NCBI GenBank assembly: GCA_016302935.1
Contig: JAEDMO010000001.1
Span: 141-64,140 of the forward strand
Length of the DNA: 64,000 bases
Source of the DNA: Bacilli bacterium
GTDB taxonomy: Bacteria; Bacillota_I; Bacilli_A; RF39; UBA660
Direction of reading: 5' to 3'
Part shown: positions 37,563 through 48,099 of the stretch, piece after piece
Layout of the letters: each line of letters starts with the position of its first letter
Position numbering within the stretch: the stretch's first letter is position 1
Position numbers and translations under genes: made by a program
The notes under the pieces: generated by a model
Told to the model about the DNA's origin: nothing
The model's database searches: none
The model's input: the letters and a program-made list of their open reading frames with translations, nothing else

Positions 37563-39185
37563 CTACATTTCCTCTCTTGGTATTATACCTATTAAATCTA
37601 AACTTGTGTTTAAGACTATTTTTATTGCTTTTATTAAAGCAAGTTTTTCCTCTGTTTCCTCAACGTTATCGGTAATTATTTTTTCTTTTGCATAGTATGA
37701 ATGGAATAGTGTTGCAAGTTCATATACATAATTAGCGATTAAGTGGGGTAGTCTTTTGACACCGGCGTTGATTACGGTATCTTTAAATTCATATAATTTA
37801 TTCAAAATATTATATGTATTTTCATTATTTAAATATGTGTATTTATCTAATTTGTTTATTTGATATTTTTTGGCATGTTTTAAAACTTGTGAAATTCTAG
37901 CGTTGGCATATTCAATATAGTATATTGGGTTGTCATTATTTTCTTTTGTTGCAATATCTAAATTGAAATCCATTTGTGTATCTAAAGCTTTGGATACAAA
38001 GAAGTATCTAGTAGCATTGATACCTACTTCTTCAATTAAATCGTTTAGAGTGACAGTTTTACCGGTCCTTTTACTTAGTTTTAATTCTTCGTTATCTTTT
38101 ATAAGTCTAACCATTTGAAGTATTTTTATGTCTAAAATGCTACTGTCATAACCTAAAATATCGATTCCAGCGTGAATTCTTTTAATATATCCATGGTGAT
38201 CTGCTCCTAATACATCAATCAATAGATTGTATCCTCTTTCTAGTTTATCACTATGATAGGCGATATCTGGAAGTAGGTATGTATATGTTCCATCGCTTTT
38301 AATTAGAACACGGTCTTTTTCATCACCAAAATCAGTTGTTTTAAGCCATAATGCATTTTCTGCAATATAGCATTTACCACTATTTTTTAATTTGTTTATG
38401 GTTATATCTACTAATCCTTTATCATATATGCTTTGTTCACTTGACCAAACATCAAAATTAACACGGTAGGTATCGAGATCTTGTTTTATTTTCTTTAAAA
38501 GAATTTCTAGGCCATATTTTTTGAAAAATGCAACATCTTCATTTTGTTTTTGCTCACCATATTGTTCATAGATTTTATTGGCAATATCAATTATTTCTTG
38601 TCCGTGGTATCCATCTTCAGGTAATTTAGCTTTAATATTACAGATATTTAGATATCGTACTTTAATAGATATACCTAAATTATTCATCTGATTACCGGCA
38701 TCATTAATATAATATTCACGAGTGACATCGTAGTTAAGAAAGCTTAGTATTCTCGATAATGAATCCCCATAGGTAGCTCCTCTAGCGTGGCCAACGTGTA
38801 ATGTTCCGGTTGGATTAGCACTTACATATTCTATATTTATTTTGGTATTATTACCAATATTTGTTTTACCATAATTGTTTTTTTCTTCTAAAATGGTATT
38901 GATGTTTTTAAAAAGATAATCTTTATTTAGATTAAAATTAATAAACCCAGGAGGCATGATAGTTATAGTTTCTATTAATTCATCGTTTAGCAAATTTTTT
39001 AATTTTTCAGCAATGTTCATGGGATTATCTTTTAATTTTTTTGAAAGCACCATGGCAATATTTGTAGCATAGTCTCCATGAGTTTTGTTTTTGGGAATCT
39101 CTACTATGATATCTATATCTTCGTCAACACCAAGATTTGTAATTGCTTTTTTTAATAAATCTTTTAAATTATCTTTAATATTCAT
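37563..39185 (-). CDS. argS: Arginine--tRNA ligase
   Basis: 540 aa. Class I HIGH motif (GTLHVGHARG) and a C-terminal DALR anticodon-binding region. Confidence 0.9.
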   Translation of the reverse strand: MNIKDNLKDLLKKAITNLGVDEDIDIIVEIPKNKTHGDYATNIAMVLSKKLKDNPMNIAEKLKNLLNDELIETITIMPPGFINFNLNKDYLFKNINTILEEKNNYGKTNIGNNTKINIEYVSANPTGTLHVGHARGATYGDSLSRILSFLNYDVTREYYINDAGNQMNNLGISIKVRYLNICNIKAKLPEDGYHGQEIIDIANKIYEQYGEQKQNEDVAFFKKYGLEILLKKIKQDLDTYRVNFDVWSSEQSIYDKGLVDITINKLKNSGKCYIAENALWLKTTDFGDEKDRVLIKSDGTYTYLLPDIAYHSDKLERGYNLLIDVLGADHHGYIKRIHAGIDILGYDSSILDIKILQMVRLIKDNEELKLSKRTGKTVTLNDLIEEVGINATRYFFVSKALDTQMDFNLDIATKENNDNPIYYIEYANARISQVLKHAKKYQINKLDKYTYLNNENTYNILNKLYEFKDTVINAGVKRLPHLIANYVYELATLFHSYYAKEKIITDNVEETEEKLALIKAIKIVLNTSLDLIGIIPREEM

Positions 39186-39189
39186 TACA

Positions 39190-39549
39190 TTACCTCATTT
39201 CTATTATAAATTCATAGTCATTATCACTTTCTATTACTTTATAATTAATAATTATTCTGTCTTCTTCTATTTTTATGCTTTTTGTATTTATATTTATCTC
39301 AATATCTAAATCGTTTTCTTTTAAGTGATAGTTAGTGGGAATGGTTTTTCCCTCAGTAAAATTAATTATATGAATAAATTCTTCATTTTCTCTTTTAAAA
39401 ATGATATTATTTTGATTTATTTTTAGTTGTTCTTTGGCATTTTTTGTTATGTAAGATATTTTGTTTTTGTTAACAATAGCTGTCGTTTCAGAAGTTGTTT
39501 TGTTTTTTTCTTTTAAATCGTTAATCGTCGTAATAATTTTTTTTCTCAA
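39190..39549 (-). CDS. DUF1934 (YwiB-like) protein
   Basis: 119 aa. Immediately upstream of argS, the ywiB position in B. subtilis. Beta-rich. Confidence 0.45.
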   Translation of the reverse strand: MRKKIITTINDLKEKNKTTSETTAIVNKNKISYITKNAKEQLKINQNNIIFKRENEEFIHIINFTEGKTIPTNYHLKENDLDIEININTKSIKIEEDRIIINYKVIESDNDYEFIIEMR

Positions 39550-39706
39550 ATTTAATCACCTAATTATTTAATTATATTTATTAAAAAATTGATAAATATA
39601 AATTCGCTATACATTATATCATAACTATATAAAAAATTAAACTTATATTTTAATTTTTTTTACAAATAATATTACTGAGTAAAAAATCATTTTTTTATAA
39701 GGATTT

Positions 39707-41686
39707 GTGGGTGATATTGTGCGTAAAGTAAAATTTTTGTTAAAGGGTTGTTTTTGTTTGATAATTTTGTTTATTATTTTTAACTTAGGAATGTTTTTAT
39801 ATTGTTATATTACTCCTAAGATAGATATATATAAATCACAATCTTATTATTTATATGATAGCGATAGTAATTTGGTTTTTAATAATAATGATGATTGGGT
39901 TGCTCTTTCTAAAATTTCTCCTTATTTGGTAGAAGCTACTATTAATACTGAGGATAAGAGATTTTTTAAACATTTTGGAATTGATTATATAAGGGTGGCA
40001 AAAGCAGTTTTAGTTAATTTAAAATCTTTTTCTATGAAAGAAGGAGCTTCTACAATTACTCAGCAATATGCGAGAAATTTATTTTTAAATTTTGATAAGA
40101 CGTGGTCTAGAAAAATGGAAGAGGCTTTATTAGCTTTTGAGATTGAAACACATTATTCTAAGGAACAAATATTAGAAGGGTATTTAAATACTATTGATTA
40201 TGGTGGGGTATATGGAATTGAAAATGCTTCTTATTATTATTTTGGAAAGAGTAGTGAATTTCTTAATCTAGCAGAGTCTGCTTTGCTTTGTGGTATTCCT
40301 AAATCTCCTTATTATTATTCTCCTTTGGTAAATTTTGATAGGGCTAAGGAAAGGCAGGAGCTCATTTTAAAAATGATGCTTAATAATGAAGTAATAACTA
40401 AGGAAGAATATGAAGAAGCGATTAATTATGAGTTGGTATTTGAAAAAGCTGATGATAAGAAAAGTCTTGCTGGCCTTATGTATTTTAAAGATGCGGTGAT
40501 TAATGAACTTTATAATATTAGTGGTATTCCAAAATCAGTAATTGATACTGGCGGTCTTAAGGTTTATACAACTTTGGATATTGAGGGGCAAACACAACTT
40601 GAGACGGCGATTAGTAATAATATGAAGGAAAATACTGATTTTCAGGTAGCAGGAATTTTAATGCAACCTGATAATGGGGCGGTTTTGGCTTTAGTTGGTG
40701 GGGTTAATTACAATGAGAGTCAATTTAATAGGGCGATAAATGCTAAAAGGCAGGTTGGTTCTACGATGAAACCATTTCTTTATTATGCTGCTTTGGAAAA
40801 TGGTTTTACTGCTTCTTCTTCTTTTATTAGTGAGAAGACTATTTTTACTTTTTCTGGTGATAAGACATATGCACCTAAAAATTATAATGATAGGTATCCT
40901 AATAAACCTATTTCTATGGCGGCGGCGATTGCATATTCCGATAATATTTATGCTGTTAAGACACATTTGTTTTTGGGAGAAGAAGTCTTGGTGGATATGG
41001 CAAAAAGAGTGGGTATTTCTAGTAATTTATCTGCTATTCCTAGTTTAGCTTTGGGAAGTGAAGAAATCAGCCTTATCGATATGGTTAGGGGTTATGCTAC
41101 TTTTGCAAATGAAGGATATAAAATTAAACCTCATTTTATTACAAAGGTTACCGATAGTAAAGGTGTTGTTCTTTATGAATTTAATGAGGTTAAAGAAAGC
41201 GTTTTAAATAAGAGTATTACTTTTATTTTAAATAATTTATTAACTTCTACTTATGATACTGGTTTTATTGATTATAATAGTCCTACTTTAGTTAATTTAT
41301 TGCCAGAGATGACACACAAATATGCGGTTAAAACCGGTTCTAGTGGTAGTGATTATTGGATAATTGGGTATAATAAAAATGCGGTTTTAGGAGTGTGGAG
41401 TGGGTATGATGATAATAGAGAAGTTAATTTTGACGTTTATAATGAACACAAAAATATTTGGATTCAAACTATGGAGGGATATCTTGTAGATAAGGATAGA
41501 AAAACAGAATGGTATAATATTCCAAGCAATGTTGTTGGAGTTTTAGTTAATCCAATTACCGGTGAAGTGGCTAATGAAAATTCTAAAAATAGTCGGATAT
41601 TTTACTATATAAAGGGAACCGAACCTTATTATGATATGGCAGATTTGGATTTAGTATTTAAAGAAGATAATAAGAAAAAGGAATAA
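39707..41686 (+). CDS. Class A penicillin-binding protein (transglycosylase/transpeptidase)
   Basis: 659 aa. N-terminal TM, GT51 motif EDKRFFKHFGIDY, and a transpeptidase module with STMKPF (SxxK). Confidence 0.85.
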   Translation: MGDIVRKVKFLLKGCFCLIILFIIFNLGMFLYCYITPKIDIYKSQSYYLYDSDSNLVFNNNDDWVALSKISPYLVEATINTEDKRFFKHFGIDYIRVAKAVLVNLKSFSMKEGASTITQQYARNLFLNFDKTWSRKMEEALLAFEIETHYSKEQILEGYLNTIDYGGVYGIENASYYYFGKSSEFLNLAESALLCGIPKSPYYYSPLVNFDRAKERQELILKMMLNNEVITKEEYEEAINYELVFEKADDKKSLAGLMYFKDAVINELYNISGIPKSVIDTGGLKVYTTLDIEGQTQLETAISNNMKENTDFQVAGILMQPDNGAVLALVGGVNYNESQFNRAINAKRQVGSTMKPFLYYAALENGFTASSSFISEKTIFTFSGDKTYAPKNYNDRYPNKPISMAAAIAYSDNIYAVKTHLFLGEEVLVDMAKRVGISSNLSAIPSLALGSEEISLIDMVRGYATFANEGYKIKPHFITKVTDSKGVVLYEFNEVKESVLNKSITFILNNLLTSTYDTGFIDYNSPTLVNLLPEMTHKYAVKTGSSGSDYWIIGYNKNAVLGVWSGYDDNREVNFDVYNEHKNIWIQTMEGYLVDKDRKTEWYNIPSNVVGVLVNPITGEVANENSKNSRIFYYIKGTEPYYDMADLDLVFKEDNKKKE

Positions 41687-41845
41687 AAAATTTCTTTTGG
41701 TTGGGTTATAATGATTATGGTTTTTAGTACTGTTTAGAATAGTTATAATTAGAAATATTTTGACTATAAGGAACGCGATAGCATTAAACTTGAAAAAATA
41801 TTATTACTATAAATTATGATAAAGTATTGCAAGATTATATAATAA

Positions 41846-41871
41846 AAAACTATCAGAAAAATGATAGTTTT
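41846..41871. terminator. Bidirectional intrinsic terminator between the PBP gene and the HerA-like gene
   Basis: aaaactatca / tgatagtttt stem with a gaaaaa loop, flanked by A- and T-runs. Confidence 0.55.
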
Positions 41872-41873
41872 TG

Positions 41874-43637
41874 TTATTTATTTAATTTATACATCCATTT
41901 TTCGTAGATGTTTGCACTGGCACTGCTTGGTTTTGGTGATGGCAGTTCCATTTTGACAATCATCGGCAGTTTCATCATTTTGCCAAAGGCTATACATGTT
42001 CCTGATTGAAGTGATTTTTGTTTTTCAATAATATCCGAGCTTATATTAGGAACCATTTTTTCAATGTAATCTAGGTCGGTAGGATGATTTATTTTGAATA
42101 TTAAGAAGTTAGAACATTGTGATAATACATTTTCTGATAGTTCTGTTGGTCTTTGGGTTATTAAATCAATAATAACGCCATATTTTCTACCTTCTTTGGC
42201 TATTCTTTCAAAGATATTATATCCCAGTGTTTGAATATCAAAGTCTTTTTGAACATATCTATGGGCTTCTTCTAACATGATATGGATAGGGAATGATCCT
42301 CTTTCTTGAAGACTTCTAGCAAATTTAAATATTAGTCTTGAATATATTTTTACTAGTGCTTTGGCCATTCTATCATCAATATCTTCTAAAACGAAGTTAA
42401 TTATTTGGCATCTTTTGTTTTCTTTTGTTATTATTAATTCATTGAAATATTGATTTAGAGTAATAAATCTATCATAGGCGAAGAATTTTTTATATGAGCT
42501 ATTGCATATTGTATGTAGTTTTACTTTTAGTGCTATTGCTTCGGCATAATATTTTTCGTTTAGTAATAATCCTTCTGAGATTAGAGTGAAGTTTAGAGCT
42601 TCTTCTAGGTTATCTAGTGTATAGAATACTGGTTCATATTCTTCATTCCACTTAGTATCTGGTTCTAAAAATCCTTCTATGTATTGAGTTACTAATAATC
42701 TTTCTACGAAATCTCCTTTAGAATCGATGTCAAAGCATTTTCTTAATTTTCTAGTATATCCTACTCCTTGAATTTCTACATCAAGATTTAGTTCTTTTGT
42801 TTTACAGGTAGTTAAGATGTTAAATATTTGGTCTCTTATTCTAGCTGATGTTTGATTGGTGTATAAAACCGATATTATAGCACTAGAGATTAGATGGTTT
42901 TTGTAGCGATGAGAATATTCATCATCCTTAGCAAAAGCACTTACATAAATAAGCATTTTATCGATAATATTAATTTGTGAATAATCGGTCACATCTAAGA
43001 GATTGGCAAAATCATCAGTTGTAAGATGCCATAGGGGTATTTTGATTAGTGGTGTTTTACTTTGATTAGTATTACTTGTAAACATTTTATAGTTAAAATT
43101 AGGGTTATATTCACTAATTTTAGAAAAAGCGTTGTCGTATTCGTTTGTTGAATTGAAAATAAATATATTAGAGTAAAAGGGAATAATATTTTTTTTGGTA
43201 AAGAGATTTTGAACAAGTCTAGAAACTCCAAATGTTTTGCCGGAACCTGTGTTACCAAATATTGCTGTGTGATTGGAAAACATATCGTTTATATCGATAT
43301 ATATTGGAGCGTTTTTATATAGTGGCGATAGGCCTAAAATCATATTGTTATCAGTTTCTGTACCAATTAGTAGTTTTAGTTCTTCGTCGTTAATTATTCT
43401 TATTTGGGAATTCAAAGATGGTTTTCTAATAATTCCACTTAAAAATTTATTGTTTATAAATTCACCTAAGAAATTTATTTTTACTTGATTTTGGTCAACT
43501 TCACTTATTTCTCCTAATATTTTTTTATCATTATCTTCAAATATTACATAATAATTTAAGATATCTTCACTGAACACATTGTTATCTATAATTACTAGAG
43601 CATTATTTTTATTGATACTTAAAATTTGTTTAAACAT
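41874..43637 (-). CDS. HerA/FtsK-like (DUF87-type) ATPase
   Basis: 587 aa. N-terminal HAS-barrel-like region, Walker A GNTGSGKT, Walker B-like HIMLEEAHRY and an ITQRP motif. Confidence 0.55.
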   Translation of the reverse strand: MFKQILSINKNNALVIIDNNVFSEDILNYYVIFEDNDKKILGEISEVDQNQVKINFLGEFINNKFLSGIIRKPSLNSQIRIINDEELKLLIGTETDNNMILGLSPLYKNAPIYIDINDMFSNHTAIFGNTGSGKTFGVSRLVQNLFTKKNIIPFYSNIFIFNSTNEYDNAFSKISEYNPNFNYKMFTSNTNQSKTPLIKIPLWHLTTDDFANLLDVTDYSQINIIDKMLIYVSAFAKDDEYSHRYKNHLISSAIISVLYTNQTSARIRDQIFNILTTCKTKELNLDVEIQGVGYTRKLRKCFDIDSKGDFVERLLVTQYIEGFLEPDTKWNEEYEPVFYTLDNLEEALNFTLISEGLLLNEKYYAEAIALKVKLHTICNSSYKKFFAYDRFITLNQYFNELIITKENKRCQIINFVLEDIDDRMAKALVKIYSRLIFKFARSLQERGSFPIHIMLEEAHRYVQKDFDIQTLGYNIFERIAKEGRKYGVIIDLITQRPTELSENVLSQCSNFLIFKINHPTDLDYIEKMVPNISSDIIEKQKSLQSGTCIAFGKMMKLPMIVKMELPSPKPSSASANIYEKWMYKLNK

Positions 43638-43651
43638 TTTTTCACCTCTTT

Positions 43652-44347
43652 TTATATTTTTTCAAATTTTACAGTTTCTCCAAGTCCTATCGCTTGACTT
43701 ATAGGAAGAGAAAAGCAAATTCCTTTTCCTTTAGTGTTTAGTCCTGTTGATTCTGTTATGGCCGCCATAACTTTATTTTTTAGTTTGTTTTCAATAACAA
43801 TTAGAGTTATATCTTTTTCCGGCTCTATTGAGAACCCTAAAAATCTAACAGCATCTTTATTTCCAAGTCCACTTCCTTTTATTAAGGTACCACCGGTTGC
43901 ACCATTTTTTTTAGCTACATTCATTACTGTTTCACTATAACCTTCTTCGGTAATGGTGATTATTAGATGATATGTATTTTGTCTAGCCATTTTTTTGTCC
44001 TCCTCAAATACATTGGTTTTTGTATATACATCAGCAAGATATTTTACTGAGCTACTGATTGGAATTGTGAAACTAATCCCGGTTCCAACTTCTTGCAATG
44101 ATAAGTTTTTCTTTAGTTGATATAATAGTTCTATTTCTAACTTATTTGGGATTATTGATAAATAAATCTGTTTTTTTACTTCATTTAGTCCAAAATAATC
44201 TAATAAACTGCTTGAGGCTGATCCGTATCCTGGAATTATATAATTGAAGTATAAATTATATTTTTTTATAATTTTGGTTATATCTTTTTGTTTGGTTTTG
44301 TCTGCTATAATAATTAGTAGTTTAATGTTATCTGGCATTTTTAACAC
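43652..44347 (-). CDS. Tandem PII-like (GlnB-fold) signal-transduction protein
   Basis: 231 aa as two ~110-aa halves. The second half carries GATGGTLIKGSGLG ... GKGICFSLPI, like PII proteins. Overlaps the upstream membrane-protein gene by 20 nt. Confidence 0.5.
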   Translation of the reverse strand: MLKMPDNIKLLIIIADKTKQKDITKIIKKYNLYFNYIIPGYGSASSSLLDYFGLNEVKKQIYLSIIPNKLEIELLYQLKKNLSLQEVGTGISFTIPISSSVKYLADVYTKTNVFEEDKKMARQNTYHLIITITEEGYSETVMNVAKKNGATGGTLIKGSGLGNKDAVRFLGFSIEPEKDITLIVIENKLKNKVMAAITESTGLNTKGKGICFSLPISQAIGLGETVKFEKI

Positions 44348-45830
44348 CCCATTTGTAATTAATTATTGTCTCATCAATAGTAAGTGTTGAAATACTTCTT
44401 TGTTTTTTTATTTTATATATTAGTCCTAATAATTGGATTGTTAAAATTGGAGATAAGGATACTAAGGCAACCATTCCAAAGGCATCACTAATGATATTAC
44501 CACCTAAAGCAGTTGTAGCTCCTATTGCAAGAGGCAGTAAGAAACTGGCGGTCATAGTTCCTGATGAGGCTCCTCCAGAATCAAAAGCAATAGAAGTAAA
44601 TACATTTGGAATAAAAAACGATAAAATAATCGAGATGAAGTAACCTGGAATAATAAACCAGAGAATTGATATACCGGTTGTTACTCTAGTTAGCGATAAT
44701 AAAACTGCAAGGGAAACTCCAACTGAAAGACAGAGCATAATTATTTTTTTAGGAATGCTTCCACCGGTAATACTCTCTATTTGATCTGTTAATACTTTTA
44801 CGGATGGCTCTGCTTGTACAATATAGAAACCTAATATGGCGCTTATAGGTAATAAAAGATAACTGTATTCAGATAACACTAAGGAATTTCCTATTAGATA
44901 GGCAATTTTTAGAAAGCCAATATTTGCTCCTACTAAAAATAATGTTAATCCTATTAAAATAACAAAAAGTCCTAAAGATAATTTTTTTAATTCTTTTTTA
45001 TTATATTTTTTAGTGATTATTTGATATATTATCAATACGGCAATGATAGGAATTATAGAGATTAATATATCAGAACCATAATTTAGAAATGCACCTTTAA
45101 ATAAAGATATTAAATTAGTACTTTCATTAATTTTGAAAATATAGTTACTTTTAAGTTCATAGAAAAGTCCCATTATTAATACTGTAATTATCGGTCCGAT
45201 TGAGCATATTCCTATCATTCCAAAACTGTCTTCATTGGCCTTTAAATCGTTACGAGTAGATATTAATCCTAACCCAAAGGATATAATAAGCGGAACACTA
45301 ATGGAACCAGTTGTAGCTCCCGCGGCATCAAAGGAAATAGCAATAAACTCTTTGGGAACAAAAAATAATAATATTAAAATAATACTATAGAATATTATTA
45401 GAATAGTATTAAATTTATATTTACGAAAAATACGATATGCTGATATCATTAGAAAAATACCTACACCGATACTGACTGTAATTATGAAAATTAAGTTAGG
45501 AATATTAGATAGCTGTCCTGATAAGATAATTAAATCTGGTTCTACAATAGTTACGGCAAAACCTAGAAGGAAACTGATTATTAAAATTATAGTCATTTTT
45601 TTACTTTTGAATACACTTTGACCAATTTCTTTTCCTAGAGGAATTAAGGATATATTAACTCCAAAGGAAAACATTGTCATTCCTATTATAATAAGGATAG
45701 AACTAATTAAAAACGACATTAAGTCTGGAAAGGATAATTTTAAAAATAAATTTAAAAAGAAAACAATAAAAATAATGGGATAGATTGTATCGAATGATTC
45801 TTTTAAGGCACCATATATTTTCTTTGCCAT
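44328..45830 (-). CDS. Tandem DUF1538-like membrane protein (partner of PII-like protein)
   Basis: 500 aa. Two homologous ~250-aa multi-TM halves, each with a D(A/S)(A/G)GA(T/S)(T/S)G(S/T) motif. Confidence 0.45.
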   Translation of the reverse strand: MAKKIYGALKESFDTIYPIIFIVFFLNLFLKLSFPDLMSFLISSILIIIGMTMFSFGVNISLIPLGKEIGQSVFKSKKMTIILIISFLLGFAVTIVEPDLIILSGQLSNIPNLIFIITVSIGVGIFLMISAYRIFRKYKFNTILIIFYSIILILLFFVPKEFIAISFDAAGATTGSISVPLIISFGLGLISTRNDLKANEDSFGMIGICSIGPIITVLIMGLFYELKSNYIFKINESTNLISLFKGAFLNYGSDILISIIPIIAVLIIYQIITKKYNKKELKKLSLGLFVILIGLTLFLVGANIGFLKIAYLIGNSLVLSEYSYLLLPISAILGFYIVQAEPSVKVLTDQIESITGGSIPKKIIMLCLSVGVSLAVLLSLTRVTTGISILWFIIPGYFISIILSFFIPNVFTSIAFDSGGASSGTMTASFLLPLAIGATTALGGNIISDAFGMVALVSLSPILTIQLLGLIYKIKKQRSISTLTIDETIINYKWGVKNAR

Positions 45831-45912
45831 ATTATCACCTTCCTATTATTATGTTTAGTATATCAAAAAAATTTAAAAAAATAAATAAAAAGAAGGAAAA
45901 AAACAAAAAAGA

Positions 45913-45941
45913 ATTGACAATGATTAAATTAACTTATATAA
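45913..45941 (+). promoter_or_regulatory. Consensus sigma-A promoter for rpmH
   Basis: TTGACA, 17 nt, TATAAT, about 40 nt upstream of the rpmH ATG. GGAGGTG RBS. Confidence 0.6.
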
Positions 45942-45981
45942 TATAGAAGAATTTTATTTGGGTTATATTGGAGGTGGAATT

Positions 45982-46104
45982 ATGAAGAGAACTTTTCAAC
46001 CTAATAATAGAAATAAAAAGAAAAAGCACGGTTTTTTTGCTCGTATAAAAGGTAGTGTACTTAATAAAAGAAGAGCTAAAGGTCGTAAAAAATTATGTGC
46101 ATAA
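45982..46104 (+). CDS. rpmH: 50S ribosomal protein L34
   Basis: 40 aa: [40 protein letters not shown]. Too short for the ORF track; I found it by eye. Confidence 0.9.
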   Translation: MKRTFQPNNRNKKKKHGFFARIKGSVLNKRRAKGRKKLCA

Positions 46105-46127
46105 TACCACGATTACGTGGTTTTTTG
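46105..46127 (+). terminator. Terminator/attenuator hairpin between rpmH and rnpA
   Basis: ccacg-atta-cgtgg hairpin followed by TTTTTTGTT. Confidence 0.45.
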
Positions 46128-46160
46128 TTATTTTGATAAAAGAAAGTATCGGTGATTTAA

Positions 46161-46484
46161 TTGAAAAAAAGGGATATTATTAAAAAAAATCAAGAATTTC
46201 AACATATTATTAATAATGGTAAGTTTGTTAAAAATAGATTTTTTTCGGTATATTTTGTTAATGCTGATAAATGTATGTATGGAATATCCGTTCCTAAAAA
46301 GACGGGTAATGCAGTTTTAAGAAATAAAATTAAGAGGCAAATTAAAAATATTATAGATCATAATAAAAAATATATTCAAAATAATAGACATTATGTTATA
46401 ATAATTAAGAGGAGTGTTTTAGATTTAAGTTATAAACAAAGTGAAGCTAATTTGTTGGATTTGTTTATGAAAATTAGTTATTAG
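46161..46484 (+). CDS. rnpA: Ribonuclease P protein component
   Basis: 107 aa. TTG start with a GGTGA RBS. Basic; the FSVYF ... RNKIKRQI pattern is typical of RnpA. Confidence 0.85.
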   Translation: MKKRDIIKKNQEFQHIINNGKFVKNRFFSVYFVNADKCMYGISVPKKTGNAVLRNKIKRQIKNIIDHNKKYIQNNRHYVIIIKRSVLDLSYKQSEANLLDLFMKISY

Positions 46485-46495
46485 AAGGAGATATT

Positions 46496-47425
46496 ATGAA
46501 AAAGAAAATTTTAATTTGTTTGATTTTGATATCTTTCATGTTAAGTGGGTGTACAAAACAACTAAAAGATAATGATGGAAAGGTAGTTCAAAATGAACTT
46601 ACCGGACAAACTCTTACTAAAAATATTTTGTGTAAGCCTACTAATGAAGATGTTATTAATCTTTATGAAAAATATAACGTTGATTTAAACAAGCTACCTA
46701 GTTGTGAAACTATGTCAGTTACAGATGGTGGCTACGAAGGTTTGTGGACTAGTATATTTGTAAAACCTTTAGCTTGGCTTATTATTCAGATTGGTAATTT
46801 GGTAAATAATTATGGACTTGCTGTTATTATTGCTACACTTCTTATTAGATTAGTGGTAATGCCTATTACTAAAAAAACGGCTGTTCAATCTGAAAATATG
46901 AAGCTGGCTAAAAAAGATTTGGACAGATTGGAAAAGAAATATGCGAATAGAACTTCACAAGAAGATCAAATGCAGAAAGCTCAAGAAATGATGATTATTT
47001 ATAAGAAATTTAATATTAATCCAATGTCTGGTTGTTTACTTGCGTTTATTCAATTACCTTTGTTTTTTGCTTTCTTAGAAGCAATTAATAGAGTACCTGC
47101 TATTTTTGAAAATAAATTTTTATCTCTTCAAATGGGTACTAGCGCTTGGATTGGTATAAGTAATGGTAATTATCTATATATTATTTTAATTGTTTTGATA
47201 ATTGGTACAACTTATTTCTCATTTAAAAATACAATGAATGATCAATCTGGACCAGCGGCAAAACAAATGAAAACAACATTATATATTATGTTAGGATTTA
47301 TTGCCTTTGCTTCATTTACTTTATCAGCGGCTATTGGTGTTTATTGGATAACTTCTAGTTTATTTACAATTGTTCAAAATCAATTAGTAAAAAGAAGGAA
47401 GGGGCGTAATAGTGATGTTATATAG
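46496..47425 (+). CDS. yidC: Membrane protein insertase YidC/Oxa1 family (lipoprotein form)
   Basis: 309 aa. Lipobox LSGC. Conserved 60-kDa inner-membrane insertase core. Confidence 0.9.
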   Translation: MKKKILICLILISFMLSGCTKQLKDNDGKVVQNELTGQTLTKNILCKPTNEDVINLYEKYNVDLNKLPSCETMSVTDGGYEGLWTSIFVKPLAWLIIQIGNLVNNYGLAVIIATLLIRLVVMPITKKTAVQSENMKLAKKDLDRLEKKYANRTSQEDQMQKAQEMMIIYKKFNINPMSGCLLAFIQLPLFFAFLEAINRVPAIFENKFLSLQMGTSAWIGISNGNYLYIILIVLIIGTTYFSFKNTMNDQSGPAAKQMKTTLYIMLGFIAFASFTLSAAIGVYWITSSLFTIVQNQLVKRRKGRNSDVI

Positions 47426-48023
47426 TTATGAAGCACAAAACAAGGAAGAGGCTATTAACAAGGCTTTAAATGATTTAAATACTACAAGAGAGAATTTACT
47501 TATTCAATCTATTGAAGAAATAAAAGGAATCGTTAAAAAAAAGGTAACTATTAAGGTTTTAAAATTTGATGAAGTAGTTAAATTTATCAAAGATACTTTA
47601 TACGATATTGCTAAGTATATTGGTATTGATATTAATTTAGAAGTTAGAAAAAGAGAAGATCAGATTACGATTAAAATGTTTTCAGATAATAACAATATTT
47701 TAATTGGTAAAGGTGGTCGCACTCTGATGGCTTTACAGACATATATTAAACAACTTCTTTATAACACTACTCAAGAAAAGATATCATTTGTTTTAGATGT
47801 AGAAAATTATAAAGAAAAAAGAATTAAAGGAATTGAATATTTAGCAAAGAAAATTGCAAAAGAAGTGGCTAATACTAAAGTAGATGTTACCTTGGATAGT
47901 ATGAATTCATACGAAAGAAGAATTGTTCATGAAGCTTTATCTAAGGATAGGTATGTATATACTGAAAGTATTGGAGAAGAACCTAATAGATGTGTAGTTA
48001 TTAAGTATAAAGAAACAAAATAG
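47412..48023 (+). CDS. jag: Jag/KhpB RNA-binding protein (KH + R3H)
   Basis: 203 aa. Jag N-terminal, KH and R3H (ERRIVHEAL) regions. Follows yidC. Confidence 0.8.
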   Translation: MMLYSYEAQNKEEAINKALNDLNTTRENLLIQSIEEIKGIVKKKVTIKVLKFDEVVKFIKDTLYDIAKYIGIDINLEVRKREDQITIKMFSDNNNILIGKGGRTLMALQTYIKQLLYNTTQEKISFVLDVENYKEKRIKGIEYLAKKIAKEVANTKVDVTLDSMNSYERRIVHEALSKDRYVYTESIGEEPNRCVVIKYKETK

Positions 48024-48099
48024 TTTCTTTTTTTATTGTAATTTTGTTATATAAGTAATATAATAAAGTTATAGTAGTATGTGATAGTTAGGAGAGTTT

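Noticed and set aside
39550-39706. Possible T-box leader for argS
   Set aside because: argS is directly preceded (4-bp gap) by the DUF1934 gene, and the 157-bp region upstream of that gene is too short and lacks T-box sequence features.
40691-41048. ORFs 40691-40966 (-) and 40785-41048 (+) inside the PBP gene
   Set aside because: These are alternative-frame or antisense low-complexity ORFs (R/L-rich) within a clearly conserved transpeptidase coding region.
45831-45912. DnaA-box-like TTATCACC upstream of the rpmH promoter
   Set aside because: It has three or more mismatches to TTATCCACA and there is no clustering. The convincing boxes are all at 55.0-55.2 kb and 56.7-56.8 kb.
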